A stretch of 64,000 bases of DNA from Candidatus Marinacidobacterales bacterium (GTDB lineage: Bacteria > Acidobacteriota > Vicinamibacteria > Marinacidobacterales > SMYC01): assembly GCA_965237955.1 (NCBI GenBank), contig OZ250169.1:4608001-4672000 (forward strand), given 5' to 3'. Under the pieces are notes generated by a model, which was given only the letters and a program-made list of their open reading frames with translations, was not told where the DNA came from and did not search any database. Both the position numbers and the translations under genes were made by a program. This document shows, piece after piece, positions 1 through 11,400 of this stretch; position 1 is the stretch's first letter, and each line of letters opens with the position of its first letter.

Positions 1-115
1 TACCACAATGGGTTTTTTGGAAGGAACGGCCATGTTCAGAGAGCTTATCTTGGAAGTTAGACCCTTGTGTATATCGAGAAGCCCGTCCCGCAGGGTGCAG
101 TCCCTATGAAACAAC

Positions 116-1114
116 TCAACGAAATCGGGGAATGATTTTGTCGCCATACTCCGCGACGATGCGCTCCTCCTCGGTGTTCATGAGGTAGATGGTGAATTGA
201 GTGACCCCTGCCTCCTCGAGTGCCTTTAGTTTTTCCACGTGCTGCTCGGGCTCACCGAGGATGCCGAAGCTCTCCACGACATCGTCGGTTACGAAATCCA
301 GATGCTCGGCGTCCTTTTTGCCGTGCTGCCGATAGTCGTATCCCTTACGCCGATCGATGTAGCCGGTGAGACTCTGAGGCACGAGCTCCGAGTCCCTTCC
401 GTACTTGTCGACGATGTCGGCGACGTGGTTTCCAACCATGGCGGGAAACCACCGGGTCTGCTCGAGGCAAGCTTCCATGGGATCGATCCAGGCCGGTGCC
501 GCCGCCATGACGTTGTACCCGGACATATCCCGTCCGGCCGCCTCTCCCGCTTGGACGGCCTGCTCGGTGAACCATCGGCACAGTCCAGGATCGCCGATTT
601 GCAGTACTAGCCCGTCGCCGAGCTCACCCGCGGCGGCTAGCGCCTTAGGCCCGTACGCCGCGATCCAGATTGGCAGCTCGAACTGGCTCCAGGTGAACTG
701 CACCTCGGCCGGACAGTCTCCGTAGCGGACCGATTCACCTCGACAGAGCGCCTTGACGGTCGTGATGAAATCGCTCATGCGGGCAATGCTGGCAGGCTTG
801 AAGCCCATCATGCGGCGCGAGCTGTCACCCCGTCCCACGCAAATCTTGAACCGGCCCTCGCTCTGCTCGGCGAGACTCGCGAAGAGGCTCGCGGCAGCCG
901 ACCAGTCACGCACGTCGGGATTGGTCACCAAGGGACCGAAGCGAATGGATTCCGTTGGCTCCATGCACATCGCTATGGTCGGATAGGGGTCGCGCCAAAG
1001 AATGTGGGAATCGTAGAACCAGCAATGGCTGAAACCGGCGAGCTCAGCCTGGTGGCAGATTGCCTTCGTTCGCTTCGTGCCCATGTCCCCCTTCAAACAA
1101 ATCGCGAAATCCAT
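116..1114 (-). CDS. LLM-class (luciferase-like) flavin/F420-dependent oxidoreductase
   Basis: 332 aa; AELAGFSHCWFYDSHILWRDPY, GPLVTNP, GRGDS, IWIAAYGPKAL and GDGLVLQ motifs typical of Mer/LLM F420-dependent enzymes; GGAGG RBS upstream. Confidence 0.88.
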   Translation of the reverse strand: MDFAICLKGDMGTKRTKAICHQAELAGFSHCWFYDSHILWRDPYPTIAMCMEPTESIRFGPLVTNPDVRDWSAAASLFASLAEQSEGRFKICVGRGDSSRRMMGFKPASIARMSDFITTVKALCRGESVRYGDCPAEVQFTWSQFELPIWIAAYGPKALAAAGELGDGLVLQIGDPGLCRWFTEQAVQAGEAAGRDMSGYNVMAAAPAWIDPMEACLEQTRWFPAMVGNHVADIVDKYGRDSELVPQSLTGYIDRRKGYDYRQHGKKDAEHLDFVTDDVVESFGILGEPEQHVEKLKALEEAGVTQFTIYLMNTEEERIVAEYGDKIIPRFR

Positions 1115-1192
1115 GGTCGTCCCTCCTTCCTCGCTCGTCCTTGCCGGCCCCCCCTATACAGTCCCGTATTAATGAGTGCCGCCGCATAAGAC

Positions 1193-1232
1193 AAGAACTA
1201 ACGCAAAGACGCAAAGGCGCAACGTCGCAAAG
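1193..1232 (+). repeat. Left arm of a 40-bp imperfect inverted repeat built from ~8-bp CGCAAAGG-like units
   Basis: aagaactaacgcaaagacgcaaaggcgcaacgtcgcaaag matches the reverse complement of 1650-1689 at 32/40 positions (manual alignment). Confidence 0.85.
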
Positions 1233-1260
1233 CTCGTCGCGAGAAGTTGCTCAACGAACT

Positions 1261-1640
1261 TCATAGACCATTCACCACACGATGGATACCGTCTTTGACA
1301 AGCCGTCTTCCGAAGTTGATGACCAATCCGAGTTTCAGATCCAGTAGGCGCAAGTACGTTAACTCTGGGCCTCGAAAACAGGATTGTCCTCCCTGGCCGC
1401 TTTGCACTCAATGATGACGAGGCCTTCTATAAGCAGGTCGACACGCAGTTCAGCCGCCAGGCGCTTGCCTTTGTAGATGAGCGGTACCACCTTCTGTCGC
1501 TCAACGCCTAGCCCTCGCTGCTCCAGTTCGTAGACGAGCGCTTCTTCGTAAATGCTCTCGAGTAAGCCAGGCCCGCCCAAGGTTCGGTGTACCTCAATGG
1601 CTGCGTTTACGATAATGCCACTCAGCTCGTTCTCGGTCGC
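1261..1640 (-). pseudogene. GxxExxY protein (PD-(D/E)XK nuclease-like), frameshifted
   Basis: ENELSGIIVNAAIEVHRTLGGPGLLESIYEEAL...RVDLLIEGLVIIECK...FEAQ, then a frame change at ~1362 to LTYLRLLDLKLGLVINFG...GIHRVVNGL* (stop 1261-1263); nearest ATG (~1642) is out of frame. Confidence 0.85.
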
Positions 1641-1649
1641 ATCTCGTCC

Positions 1650-1689
1650 CTTTGCGCCTCCGCGCCTCCGCGCCTTTGCGTTCGTTCTT
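1650..1689 (-). repeat. Right arm of the 40-bp inverted repeat flanking the GxxExxY gene
   Basis: Reverse complement reads aagaacgaacgcaaaggcgcggaggcgcggaggcgcaaag. Confidence 0.85.
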
Positions 1690-1697
1690 AAAATACG

Positions 1698-3137
1698 TCA
1701 CCTTAATCGCGGATTGAAGTACTTAGCATCCAGATAAAGATGTCCAAATTCCTTCGCCCCGGAGGACGACCCGGCGAAAATACGAGGCTCACGGCTCGTC
1801 TCCCTCCCGTACTGCTGGGCAATCGTTCGGACGGATGCCTCTGCATCTCTATGAGCGAGAATCGCGACCGTGCCACCACTGCCCCCACCCGTTATCTTGG
1901 CTCCGAAAATCCCCTGGGTTGGTCCGGCGGCCCGCGACAGCTCGACCAACCGGTCCGTCCCTTCTGAGCCCAAGCCACAAGCCGAATAACTCGCGTGGGA
2001 CTGATACATCAACTCACCGAGCAGAGGCGCATGTGCCAAGGCATCACCCGAAAGCAAGTGGGCAAAGGTTCGGAGACGGAAGTGCTCGTAGACGGGATGG
2101 GTGGTAGCTTGGCGAACGGGGTAAGTTGCCTCGGGGTCGACCTGGGTCACCGCATCTTCCGTATCACCATATCGCTCGATGAACCGAGCCCCCACCATGG
2201 CCTCCGGCAAATGATGCAAGTACTTTTGCCCGAGCTCGGATGGGGTCAGGTTCGCGAGGTAACCTCCCCAGTCCGTACCCGCCATCTCTTTCAAGATCCG
2301 ATAGCCCATGAACGCCCCCACACGCACGGACCCGTAGTCGGCGCCGGAAACAGCGTGATAGATTCCGGAGTCGATACCCCAAAATGCCAGCTCTTCGGGA
2401 ACGGCCACCGTTCCCTGCACCTCTGCCGGTTGGCACAACAGAGCCAGCAATCGGTTCGCTTCACCGTAGACGGAGCTCATCTGGTCCATGATGCCGCAAG
2501 GCGCGCCCACAACAAGGTTCTCCACCTTCTGGCACAATAGGGCCACCTCGCGTTCCTCGAGCCCGAGGTCAAAGGAGGCATCGATAGCCATCATCGCTGC
2601 CACTTCCAGTGCCGCCGATGAAGCCACACCCTTGCCTTCGGGCAAGCTCGAATGGATGAAGAGCCGGGCCCCCTCCGGGAAAGCCACCGCCTTCTCCCGC
2701 ATGAGGACGAGAAGAGCTCCCGCCACATAGGCTGCCCAGGACGTGTCCGGATCGCGCCGGAAGTAGTTTCTCGCTTCTTCGTAGGTGATCGGGTTTCCGT
2801 CGGCCTCGAAGTCATCGAAAGGCATGGTGAAAACCGATGCGGCGTCGTCTCGTTCCTCACTCGAGGTGACGATGGTCAGCACCCGGGCGGTGTCCCGTTG
2901 CAAAGCAGCCAACGTCGCTTCGCGAGTGGTTAGTTGCAGGACGAGTGAGCCGGAATAGTCCGCGATCCCACCCATGACATCCAGCCGACCGGGGGCTCGC
3001 GTCAGGACCATCGACGCCTTGGGGTTCCAATGCTGGCGCAGCCTCGAACCGTCCACTCCGCTCGGCGCATGGAGGGCTCGGACGAAACGGTCTACATCGG
3101 GCCAATCGCCAACCTTTTCGCTCATCATCTCGGACAT
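1698..3137 (-). CDS. GHMP-family sugar kinase (galactokinase / L-arabinokinase-like)
   Basis: APGRLDVMGGIADYSG, PEGKGVASSAA (GHMP P-loop), CGIMDQM and GAKITGGGSGG motifs; start placed at MSEMMSEK just after the upstream gene's stop. Confidence 0.88.
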   Translation of the reverse strand: MSEMMSEKVGDWPDVDRFVRALHAPSGVDGSRLRQHWNPKASMVLTRAPGRLDVMGGIADYSGSLVLQLTTREATLAALQRDTARVLTIVTSSEERDDAASVFTMPFDDFEADGNPITYEEARNYFRRDPDTSWAAYVAGALLVLMREKAVAFPEGARLFIHSSLPEGKGVASSAALEVAAMMAIDASFDLGLEEREVALLCQKVENLVVGAPCGIMDQMSSVYGEANRLLALLCQPAEVQGTVAVPEELAFWGIDSGIYHAVSGADYGSVRVGAFMGYRILKEMAGTDWGGYLANLTPSELGQKYLHHLPEAMVGARFIERYGDTEDAVTQVDPEATYPVRQATTHPVYEHFRLRTFAHLLSGDALAHAPLLGELMYQSHASYSACGLGSEGTDRLVELSRAAGPTQGIFGAKITGGGSGGTVAILAHRDAEASVRTIAQQYGRETSREPRIFAGSSSGAKEFGHLYLDAKYFNPRLR

Positions 3138-3153
3138 GCGACGAGTTGTCGTC

Positions 3154-4179
3154 TCAATCCTGCCACAACCCTCGCTTGCGCAGTGCCTTCTGGAACAGAG
3201 GCTCGATTTGCGCCTGGATGTCAACATTGGCATATCCGACCCAGCTCACGTCTGCGGTTACGTTCAAAGGGGCCGACAAGGGGCCGCCGTCGACGTCGGT
3301 CACGACGACTCCAAGCTCCCGCGCGATGAGCTCGGTGCACAAGTCATAGGGATGACAACAGAGGCCCAGGGAAAGGCCTTGCTTGGCGAGAAGCGGTTCC
3401 ACGAGAGGCCGTATATCAGCGGTGAATCGATCGTGCCCGGACATCAACTCGTAAAGTTGTCCACCGCTGCAGATGTATTGATCCTCGAAACAGTGGGCCT
3501 TCCCTCGTTGCACCGGCCCGAGCGCTCCCAGAACGATTTCCTCGTCGATGGCTGCCAGCTCTTGCCGCATGCCGGGGAAGAATCGGGAGACCATGGCAAA
3601 TCCGTGAGCGATGGTCGGGGCACGGGATGGTCTCAGGTCGAGAGCGCTTCTTTCTCCGGTCAAACGGTCATATCGCTCCGCACCGGCCCCTTTCCCCTCG
3701 ATGGTCCAGACCACGTCCGACAAATGCTGCTTGAGGAGTGGGATCTCCGTTTGCACCGCCAGCGCGATATCACCGAGATTCGTGCTCCCGCCTCGATTGG
3801 GGGCCACCCCGGTCAGAACCCAGGAGCTTCGTTTTTGATACATGGTCCCTCGAGTGCCGTCGATCGGGTCGATGATAATGCGCCAAACCGCCTCGTCCTC
3901 GGGTACACCATCAGGTAAGACCATCTGGCCGCCGCGCCCCAACCCCTCGCCGACGAGCACGATGGGGATCTTGGAGGCGATGACCTCGTTGAAATACTCG
4001 ACCAGCGTTGCCTCGCTCACACGGTCGATAGCATAGATCGTATCCCCTTCCCCTTCCCCGTCCTCGGAGATGGCAGCCAACTCGTCGAGGCTGGCCTGCT
4101 CGCAGGCCGCGACGACCTCGCCGCGGATCATCTCGTGCAATCGCCGAATGGCATCGAGCAGTTCGGTAACGTCCCTCAT
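3154..4179 (-). CDS. Inositol monophosphatase (FIG/IMPase) family phosphatase
   Basis: [17 protein letters not shown] and PYDL...ELGVVVTD motifs; ATGA overlap with galT. Confidence 0.8.
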   Translation of the reverse strand: MRDVTELLDAIRRLHEMIRGEVVAACEQASLDELAAISEDGEGEGDTIYAIDRVSEATLVEYFNEVIASKIPIVLVGEGLGRGGQMVLPDGVPEDEAVWRIIIDPIDGTRGTMYQKRSSWVLTGVAPNRGGSTNLGDIALAVQTEIPLLKQHLSDVVWTIEGKGAGAERYDRLTGERSALDLRPSRAPTIAHGFAMVSRFFPGMRQELAAIDEEIVLGALGPVQRGKAHCFEDQYICSGGQLYELMSGHDRFTADIRPLVEPLLAKQGLSLGLCCHPYDLCTELIARELGVVVTDVDGGPLSAPLNVTADVSWVGYANVDIQAQIEPLFQKALRKRGLWQD

Positions 4180-5228
4180 CTCGATTGATGTCGGTAGTGC
4201 AGGTCCGGCGAAGCCCTCAACTCGGCTGCCTTTTCTTCGGGAATGGTGTCACTCAGGAAATTTCCGCCGCCGATTTCCGGTCCCGCGAGGTACTTCAGCA
4301 ACTTGGATTTTCTCAGCGGAGGATGAAACTCGACGTGAAAATGAAAACCACGGTAATCCCCGCCGTCCGTGGGGGCTTGATGGAGCGGCATGACGTAGGG
4401 GAAACGCATCTGCCATAAGTTGTCGAACTTGATGAGGATGCGTCGTAGGGCATCGGCAAAATCGCAGACCTCGGCATCGGTCAGCGAAGCGACGCTGGGA
4501 CGGGTGGCTCGCGGGGCCACGAAGACCTCGTAGGCGTATCGACCGAAGAATGGGATGAAGGCGACGGCCTCGTTGTTCTCGTGCACGATCCGCCGCCCAT
4601 CGGCCAACTCCTTGGCTAAGATGTCTTGAAACAAAACGCGCCCCGTTTCCAGTAAGTGCCGCTCGCTGGCCCTTGCTTCTGTCTCGATAGTCTTGAATAC
4701 GAAATTGGTCGCATAGATCTGGCCGTGTGGATGGGGATTGGAGACTCCAACCACCTCCCCTTTGTTCTCGAACATCAATGCGTGGTGGATCTCCGGCCGG
4801 CTACCTAGATCGACGTATTCCTTTTGCCACGTGCCGATCAAGGCCTCCACTTCTTCTTGTTCCATCTCAGCCAGTGTCAGATCGTGCCGGGGGCTGTAGC
4901 AAACGATGCGGGCAATTCCGGTGGCGGGTCGTCGTCGGTAGATTCCCAAGGATTCCGATTCGGGAAAATCGGTAGGAGCATCGACAGCCACACAGGGATG
5001 ATCATTATCGAATACGAACGTCTGCTCGTACCGGGGGTTGCGCTTACCACTGACGCGCCGGTTACCCGGACAGAAGTAACAATCGGGAGCATATGATGGA
5101 AGAGGAGTTTCTTCGCCCGACACGGTCTCGCCAATCCATGGTCTATCTTGCCGGTGTGCCGCCACGATGACCCACTCTTCACGAAGGGGGTGCCATCTTT
5201 GCTCCCATCTTCCCTCTCTCACGCTCAT
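4176..5228 (-). CDS. galT: Galactose-1-phosphate uridylyltransferase
   Basis: [48 protein letters not shown] (HxHxQ) and [11 protein letters not shown]...KYLAGPE motifs. Confidence 0.92.
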   Translation of the reverse strand: MSVREGRWEQRWHPLREEWVIVAAHRQDRPWIGETVSGEETPLPSYAPDCYFCPGNRRVSGKRNPRYEQTFVFDNDHPCVAVDAPTDFPESESLGIYRRRPATGIARIVCYSPRHDLTLAEMEQEEVEALIGTWQKEYVDLGSRPEIHHALMFENKGEVVGVSNPHPHGQIYATNFVFKTIETEARASERHLLETGRVLFQDILAKELADGRRIVHENNEAVAFIPFFGRYAYEVFVAPRATRPSVASLTDAEVCDFADALRRILIKFDNLWQMRFPYVMPLHQAPTDGGDYRGFHFHVEFHPPLRKSKLLKYLAGPEIGGGNFLSDTIPEEKAAELRASPDLHYRHQSR

Positions 5229-5265
5229 CGATTTCAACTTATAGATGGTCGTCTGCCCGCTGGCA

Positions 5266-6891
5266 TTAAAAAAATGTCCTCAACGGAGAGAAGTACACCA
5301 AAACCATAACAACCACCGCCAGCACGATCAAAGAGAGGGCGACGTCGATCCAATTCCAGGTCGCACGCGATTTTGCTCTGTCTGCTGAGACGGTCGTGGC
5401 ATAGGTGAGACCGCGAATACTCTCCGCGGGCGGGGGCGGGGTAACCATGCTGACAACGATCATCAAGAAAACGCAGAAGAGAAACAAGAAAATCGCGAAA
5501 TGGAGGAAATTGATATCAGCAAACGTATACAGCCAGCCACTCAGTGCTTCCTTGTTGAGCTCAGCGATCAGTCGTCCCATACCAAGCAGGAAACCGCCCA
5601 CGAGCGCGGCGAGAGCGGCGGCGGCATTGATGCGCTTCGAGAACAACCCGAGAAAGAAGACCGCCGCTATGGGTGGCGCCACGTAGGCCTGGACGCTCTG
5701 AAGGTAGTGATAGAGCTCGCCGGAGAGGGTTCTGAGTAGAGGAATCCAAGCGATTCCGGTGACGACCAAGACGCTCGTTGCTACCCTACCGACATGAACG
5801 AGCGTCTTTTCCGAGGCGTCCGGCCGGAGCTTCTTGTAGATATCCATGGTGAACAACGTGGAGGAGGAATTGAAAACCGCGGCCAGCGAGCTCATGAGCG
5901 CCGCCAAGAGTCCGCCTGCCACCAGACCCCTTAGACCCGCCGGCAACAGTGTGGCCACCATGGCGGGAAAGGCCTGATCGGCTTCGGCCAACTCGAGCTG
6001 GCCGCTCTGGGCGAGGGCATAGGCGATGACGCCGGGGATTAGAAAGATGAAAAAGGGAGTGAGCTTCAAGTAGGCGGCAAAAATCGTGCCGCGCCGAGCT
6101 TCTAATTCGTTCTTCGCGGCCAGCACCCGCTGCACGATGTATTGATCGGTGCACCAATACCAGAGTCCGACAATGGGCGGAGCAAAGACCATGCCGGTCC
6201 AAGGGAAATCCGGGTGATCGGCGGGCAGAAACATGTTGAAATGGTCGGGACCGGCGAGGGCGATGAGCCGGTCAACCCCTCCCAGCTTGATCAAACCGGC
6301 AAGGGTGACCGTGACGGAACCGGCGAGGAGGACGATCGCTTGAAGGGCTTCGGTATAGAGCACCGCACGCAGTCCGCCGAGGACCGTATACACGCCCGTC
6401 AAGAGCACGATGAAGAGCGCGCCGGTCCAGAAGTCGATACCCATGAGGACTTGAAAGACGACGGCACCAGCGTAGATCGTGACGGAGATCTTCGTAAGGA
6501 CATAGGCGATGAGTGTCGTGACGGAAAGCAGCCAACGTGCCGCAGGGCTGTACCGCTTCTCCAGGAACTCCGGCATGGTAAACACCCGGCTCCGCATATA
6601 GAAAGGCACAAACACCCAGCCGAGCATGAGAACGAGCCACGAGTGAAGCTCGTAGTGACCCATCACCACGCCCGATTTGGCTCCGGTTCCGGCGAGTCCG
6701 ACGATGTGCTCCGAGCCGATGTTCGACGCGAAGATGGAAGCTCCAATCACGAACCAGCCCACGTGACGTCCGGCCAAGAAGTACTCCGTGGAAGACTCCG
6801 TCTTTTTCCGGACGACCCACCAGGCAATGCCCATGAGTATGAGAAAGTAGATTCCGACGACGACCCAATCGAGACCATTAAATGTCGACAT
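5266..6891 (-). CDS. Sodium:solute symporter (SGLT-type sugar transporter)
   Basis: [46 protein letters not shown] and AALMSS motifs; many TM segments. Confidence 0.93.
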   Translation of the reverse strand: MSTFNGLDWVVVGIYFLILMGIAWWVVRKKTESSTEYFLAGRHVGWFVIGASIFASNIGSEHIVGLAGTGAKSGVVMGHYELHSWLVLMLGWVFVPFYMRSRVFTMPEFLEKRYSPAARWLLSVTTLIAYVLTKISVTIYAGAVVFQVLMGIDFWTGALFIVLLTGVYTVLGGLRAVLYTEALQAIVLLAGSVTVTLAGLIKLGGVDRLIALAGPDHFNMFLPADHPDFPWTGMVFAPPIVGLWYWCTDQYIVQRVLAAKNELEARRGTIFAAYLKLTPFFIFLIPGVIAYALAQSGQLELAEADQAFPAMVATLLPAGLRGLVAGGLLAALMSSLAAVFNSSSTLFTMDIYKKLRPDASEKTLVHVGRVATSVLVVTGIAWIPLLRTLSGELYHYLQSVQAYVAPPIAAVFFLGLFSKRINAAAALAALVGGFLLGMGRLIAELNKEALSGWLYTFADINFLHFAIFLFLFCVFLMIVVSMVTPPPPAESIRGLTYATTVSADRAKSRATWNWIDVALSLIVLAVVVMVLVYFSPLRTFF

Positions 6892-6938
6892 TACGTAATC
6901 TCATCTGCTCTGTAATCGCGCGCGAGTTCAACCGATCT

Positions 6939-6980
6939 AAAAAACGGGGAGCTCCGGTTTGGATGGAGCTCCAGACACCG
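6939..6980 (-). terminator. Intrinsic-terminator-like hairpin in the 5' leader of the SSS-galT operon
   Basis: Minus strand: GGAGCTCC-9 nt-GGAGCTCC (self-complementary arms 6948-6955 and 6965-6972) followed by CCG and T6 (6939-6944). Confidence 0.5.
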
Positions 6981-6988
6981 CTGCCGGA

Positions 6989-7017
6989 ATTGTACCGCCG
7001 AAGTCGGTCGATTTCAC
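6989..7017 (-). promoter_or_regulatory. Candidate sigma70 promoter for the SSS-galT operon
   Basis: GTGAAA (7012-7017), 17-nt spacer, TACAAT (6989-6994) on the minus strand. Confidence 0.4.
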
Positions 7018-7113
7018 AACCGAACGGATTTAGAATGTCTTGTCAGTAGTCGGCGGGTGCATGGTCTGAGTTGGACGATTCGTTTCGCTTGTGAACGGAG
7101 ATGATGGAGTAAA

Positions 7114-8317
7114 ATGAGTGATTCCAAAGCAATCGTTCTAGCGGTGATCACCCTATGTCTTGGACCGAGTTGCAAGTATGGGTAAACAAGAACAACCCAG
7201 CCTGCAGGGCAAGCAAGGATCGCGAATTACGAAAGAGGCCTTCGGAACCATGCCGGATGGGACCTCCGTCGATCTCTACACTTTGAACAACGCCAACGGT
7301 TTCGAAGCCAAGATCACCAACTATGGCGGAATTGTGGTGTCACTCAACGTTCCGGATCGACAGGGGAAGGTGTCGGATGTGGTGTTGGGATTCGACACCT
7401 TCGAATCCTATCGCGGAAGCCATCCCTATTTCGGTGCGCTCATCGGGCGATACGGCAATCGGATCGGTAAGGCAAAGCTCGTCCTCGACGGTGTCGAGTA
7501 CACGTTGGCCGCGAACAACGGCGAGAACCATCTCCACGGAGGTCTCCGCGGCTACGACAAGGTCGTTTGGAAGGCCGAGGTAGTCGAGGACGATGACGAT
7601 CCGTCGCTCAGACTCGAGTATCTGAGCAAGGATATGGAAGAGGGATATCCGGGTAACCTTTCCGTCGAAGTCGAGTACAGATTGACCGATGACAATGGGC
7701 TCCGAATCGACTACCGGGCCACGACGGACAAGAAGACGGTCGTCAATTTGACCCATCACTCCTATTTTAATCTCAAGGATGCCGGTGCGAGCGACATTCT
7801 TGGACACGAAATGATGATCGACGCGGATCGATTCACGCCGGTCGCTGAGGGGCTGATTCCAAGTGGCGAGGTGAGAAGCGTGGGGGGCACTCCGTTGGAC
7901 TTTCGGCAGCCGGTGGCCATCGGAGCCCGTATCGACCAAAACGACCCGCAATTGAAATTCGGAGGTGGCTACGATCACAACTGGGTGCTGAAGGGCCAGG
8001 ACGGTTCTTTGGCGCTGGCCGCTCGTGTCTACGAGCCTACGACCGGGCGGGTCATGGAGGTGTACACCACCGAGCCGGGTCTCCAGTTCTACTCCGGAAA
8101 TTTCCTCGACGGAAGCCAAGTCGGGAAAGGCGGTCTACGCTACGAGCATCGTTCCGGATTTTGTCTGGAAACGCAGCATTTTCCCGACTCTCCCAATAAG
8201 CCCGATTCCCCATCGACGGTCTTGGAGCCGGGAAGGGTGTACACACACACGACTATTTACAAATTCTCGGCCAGCAATGGGGGAGCCTCTTCCGGGAGCG
8301 GGCAGGGGAACGACTGA
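7114..8317 (+). CDS. galM: Aldose 1-epimerase (mutarotase); signal peptide separated by an apparent frameshift
   Basis: YFGALIGRYGNRI, NHLHGG, YPGNL, NLTHHSYFNL, GYDHNW and CLETQHFPDSPN motifs; main frame from ATG 7178; upstream ATG 7114 encodes MSDSKAIVLAVITLCLGPSC in another frame. Confidence 0.88.
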
Positions 8318-8495
8318 GGCAGACGGGAACGAAGATTACAACCCACCACGACGTCTCCCCGCCATCGACTACGGCTCGCCTCTCGAATCGAAAACAGGTA
8401 TTATCGCGTCGCCTAGAACCGACTGTTCAACCCGTCCCCGGGAACGGGACACTTCAGAAGAAGCCTGGTTAACTAGGGCTGAAAAGGGGTATCGA

Positions 8496-11400
8496 ATGTC
8501 AAGGAGAAACACGAGGCCGGAGATTCACCGGATTGCTTGGGTAAGCGTTCTCATTCTTGCCGGCTTTCTGTCGCCAGGCTACGCCCAAGAGATTGATTCT
8601 GACGTATACAGCGAACTACGGTATCGACACATTGGTCCGCAGGGCAACCGAGTGGTTGCTGTCGTCGGCGTCCCGGGGGATCCCAATATCGTCTACACCG
8701 GCGCGGCTTCCGGCGGAATATGGAAATCCATTGACGGAGGTATCAATTGGGAGCCCATTTTTGATGACCAGGAGGTGTCCTCGATCGGGTCTCTGGCGAT
8801 TGCGCCCTCCGACCCCAACATCGTCTGGGCGGGAACCGGAGAGACCTTTCTCCGCAATAACATCTCGATCGGAAATGGCATCTACAAGTCCACCGATGCG
8901 GGCAAGACGTGGAAACATATGGGATTGGAAAAGACGGGCAGGATTGGCAGGTTAGTGATCCACCCGCGTGATCCCGATATTGTTCTTGCTGCGGCGATGG
9001 GGCATTGTCATGGTCCCCAGCCCGAGCGTGGGATCTACCGCACTACGGATGGGGGCAAGACCTGGGACAAGGTGCTGTTCGTAGACGAGAACACCGGTGG
9101 CGCGGATATCGCCATGGACCCCAACAATCCGCGGATCCTCTTCGCGAGCATGTGGCAAGTTCTGGTCACAACCTGGGGTGTCCTCAGCGGCGGACCGGGT
9201 AGCAGTCTCCACAAGTCCACGGACGGCGGAGCAACGTGGACGCCCCTCCGCGGCCATGGGCTTCCGGCCACAACCCTGGGGAAGATCGCGGTCGCCGTGG
9301 CTCCCAGCAATTCCGATCGGGTCTATGCCACGATCGAAACCGGGGACGGCGTGCCCCAGGAGGGAAAGAACATCGGCAACGGCTCCCTTTGGAGGTCCGA
9401 GGATGGCGGTGAGGAGTGGAAACTGATCAGTTATGACCACAGTCTCAACGAGCGAACTCATTACTACGGGCGTATGGCGGTGGCACCGGACAATGCCGAC
9501 GACGTCTACTTCATAGGCGGTACACTCGTCCGTTCGATCGATGGCGGTGTGAGCGCGGAAGGGCTCCGGGGGGGTGACAACCACGACATGTGGATCGATC
9601 CGACCGATCCCGATCGGATGATCTTGGGTGCCGATCCGGGCCCCGTCCTTACCACCAACCGTGGTCGGACCTGGAGCAACAGAAGCCTTCCCATCGCCCA
9701 GATGTATCATGTAGAAGTCGACAACAAAATTCCCTACTTCGTTTACGGTAACCGCCAGGATGGCCCCTCGTTCCGAGGCCCGAGCAATCCACTGGGTGGC
9801 GGGATCACGGCGGGTCTGTGGCGATACGTGGGCGGCAATGAGAGTGGCTGGGCCGTTCCCGACCCGGTAGACGACAACATTGTCTGGTCGGGCGGCTATG
9901 ACGGTGCCATCGACCGATTCGATCTCGACACGGGCCATGCGCAGTCCGTCAAGGTCTGGCCGGAGACCTCCATTGGCTTTTCAGCTGGCGACATGAAATA
10001 TCGTTTTAATTGGACCTTTCCCATCGCCATTTCGCCGCACGATCACAACAGAGTTTATGTTGGCAGCCAATACGTTCACCAGACGACGGACGGTGGCCGT
10101 AACTGGAAGGTCATTAGTCCGGACCTGAGCACGGACGATGAGACCCTTCTCGAGAATTCAGATGGCTCCAAGTCTCCCAGTGTCGGCGTCGAATTCGAAT
10201 TTGGCTCTGTCGTCTTTGCCATCGCCGAGTCACCTCTGGAAGAGGGGCTTATCTGGGCGGGCACGAATGATGGGAACGTCCAGGTGACCCGGGACGGGGG
10301 CGCCAATTGGACTAACGTCACTGGCAATATCCCCGGTTTGCCGGCCTGGGGCACGGTCAGCAGCATAGAACCTTCCCGGTATGATGCTGGCAGCAGCTAC
10401 ATTACGGTGAACTTGCATCACGTGAACAATCGCGATCCTCATGTTTACAAGACAACGGACTATGGGAAGACCTGGAAATCCATTAGCTCGGATATTCCCA
10501 GGAGCGTATTCAGTTATGCCCGTTGTGTGCGTGAAGATCCGGTACGGAAAGGGCTGCTCTATCTTGGGACGGAAAACGCGCTATATGTTTCCTTTAATGA
10601 CGGAGACAACTGGGTTCCCCTACAAAACAACATGCCACACACGCCGGTGCACTGGATGGTCGTTCAAGAGCATTTCAATGACCTGGTGGTAGGCACCTAT
10701 GGGCGAGGCTTTTGGATTATGGATGACATCACCCCCCTCCAGCAGCTCACGTCGGAGGTTGTCGATTCCGAGGTCCATCTTTTCGCTGCGCGGCCGGCAT
10801 ACCGTTTCCGGAATGTCGGTCGTCGAATGTCCGTCTACAATGCGCAGACCATAGGACAAGGCCCTCCCTACGGTGCTTCCATCAACTACTATCTGAAGTC
10901 CGCTCCGACCGATGACGTCACCATCACCATCCTTGACGAGAAGGATCAGACAATCAAAACGCTCGAGGGATCCAAGGAGCCCGGTATCAACCGGGTGATG
11001 TGGGACCTGAGGCATGAGCCATCCAGGCAAGCCATGTTGAGAACCAACCACGAGTATGGCCCTCATGTGGAGCTCGACTCACGTACGCAAACGCGACCCC
11101 TGCCCGCAGGCGGGTCGATCAGCCCACAAGCGGTACCGGGGATTTACACAGTAAAACTAAGTGTCGAGGGCCAGGAACTCAGTCAGAAGCTCACCGTGAA
11201 GAAGGATCCCAACTCGGCCGGCAGTGAGGCGGACATTCAGGCTCAAGTGAAGATGTCGCTCGAGCTTCGGGAAGACGTCAACTCCATCATGGATATGATC
11301 GACAAAATTGAAACAATCCGAGGGCAGATTTACGATCTCACGATACTCCTCGAGGAGGACGAAAACGCTGGCGAGGTCATTAGTGCAGCGGAGGAGCTCG

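Noticed and set aside
8025-8495. 157-codon N-terminal extension of the VPS10 ORF
   Set aside because: It overlaps galM; the RBS and signal peptide point to ATG 8496
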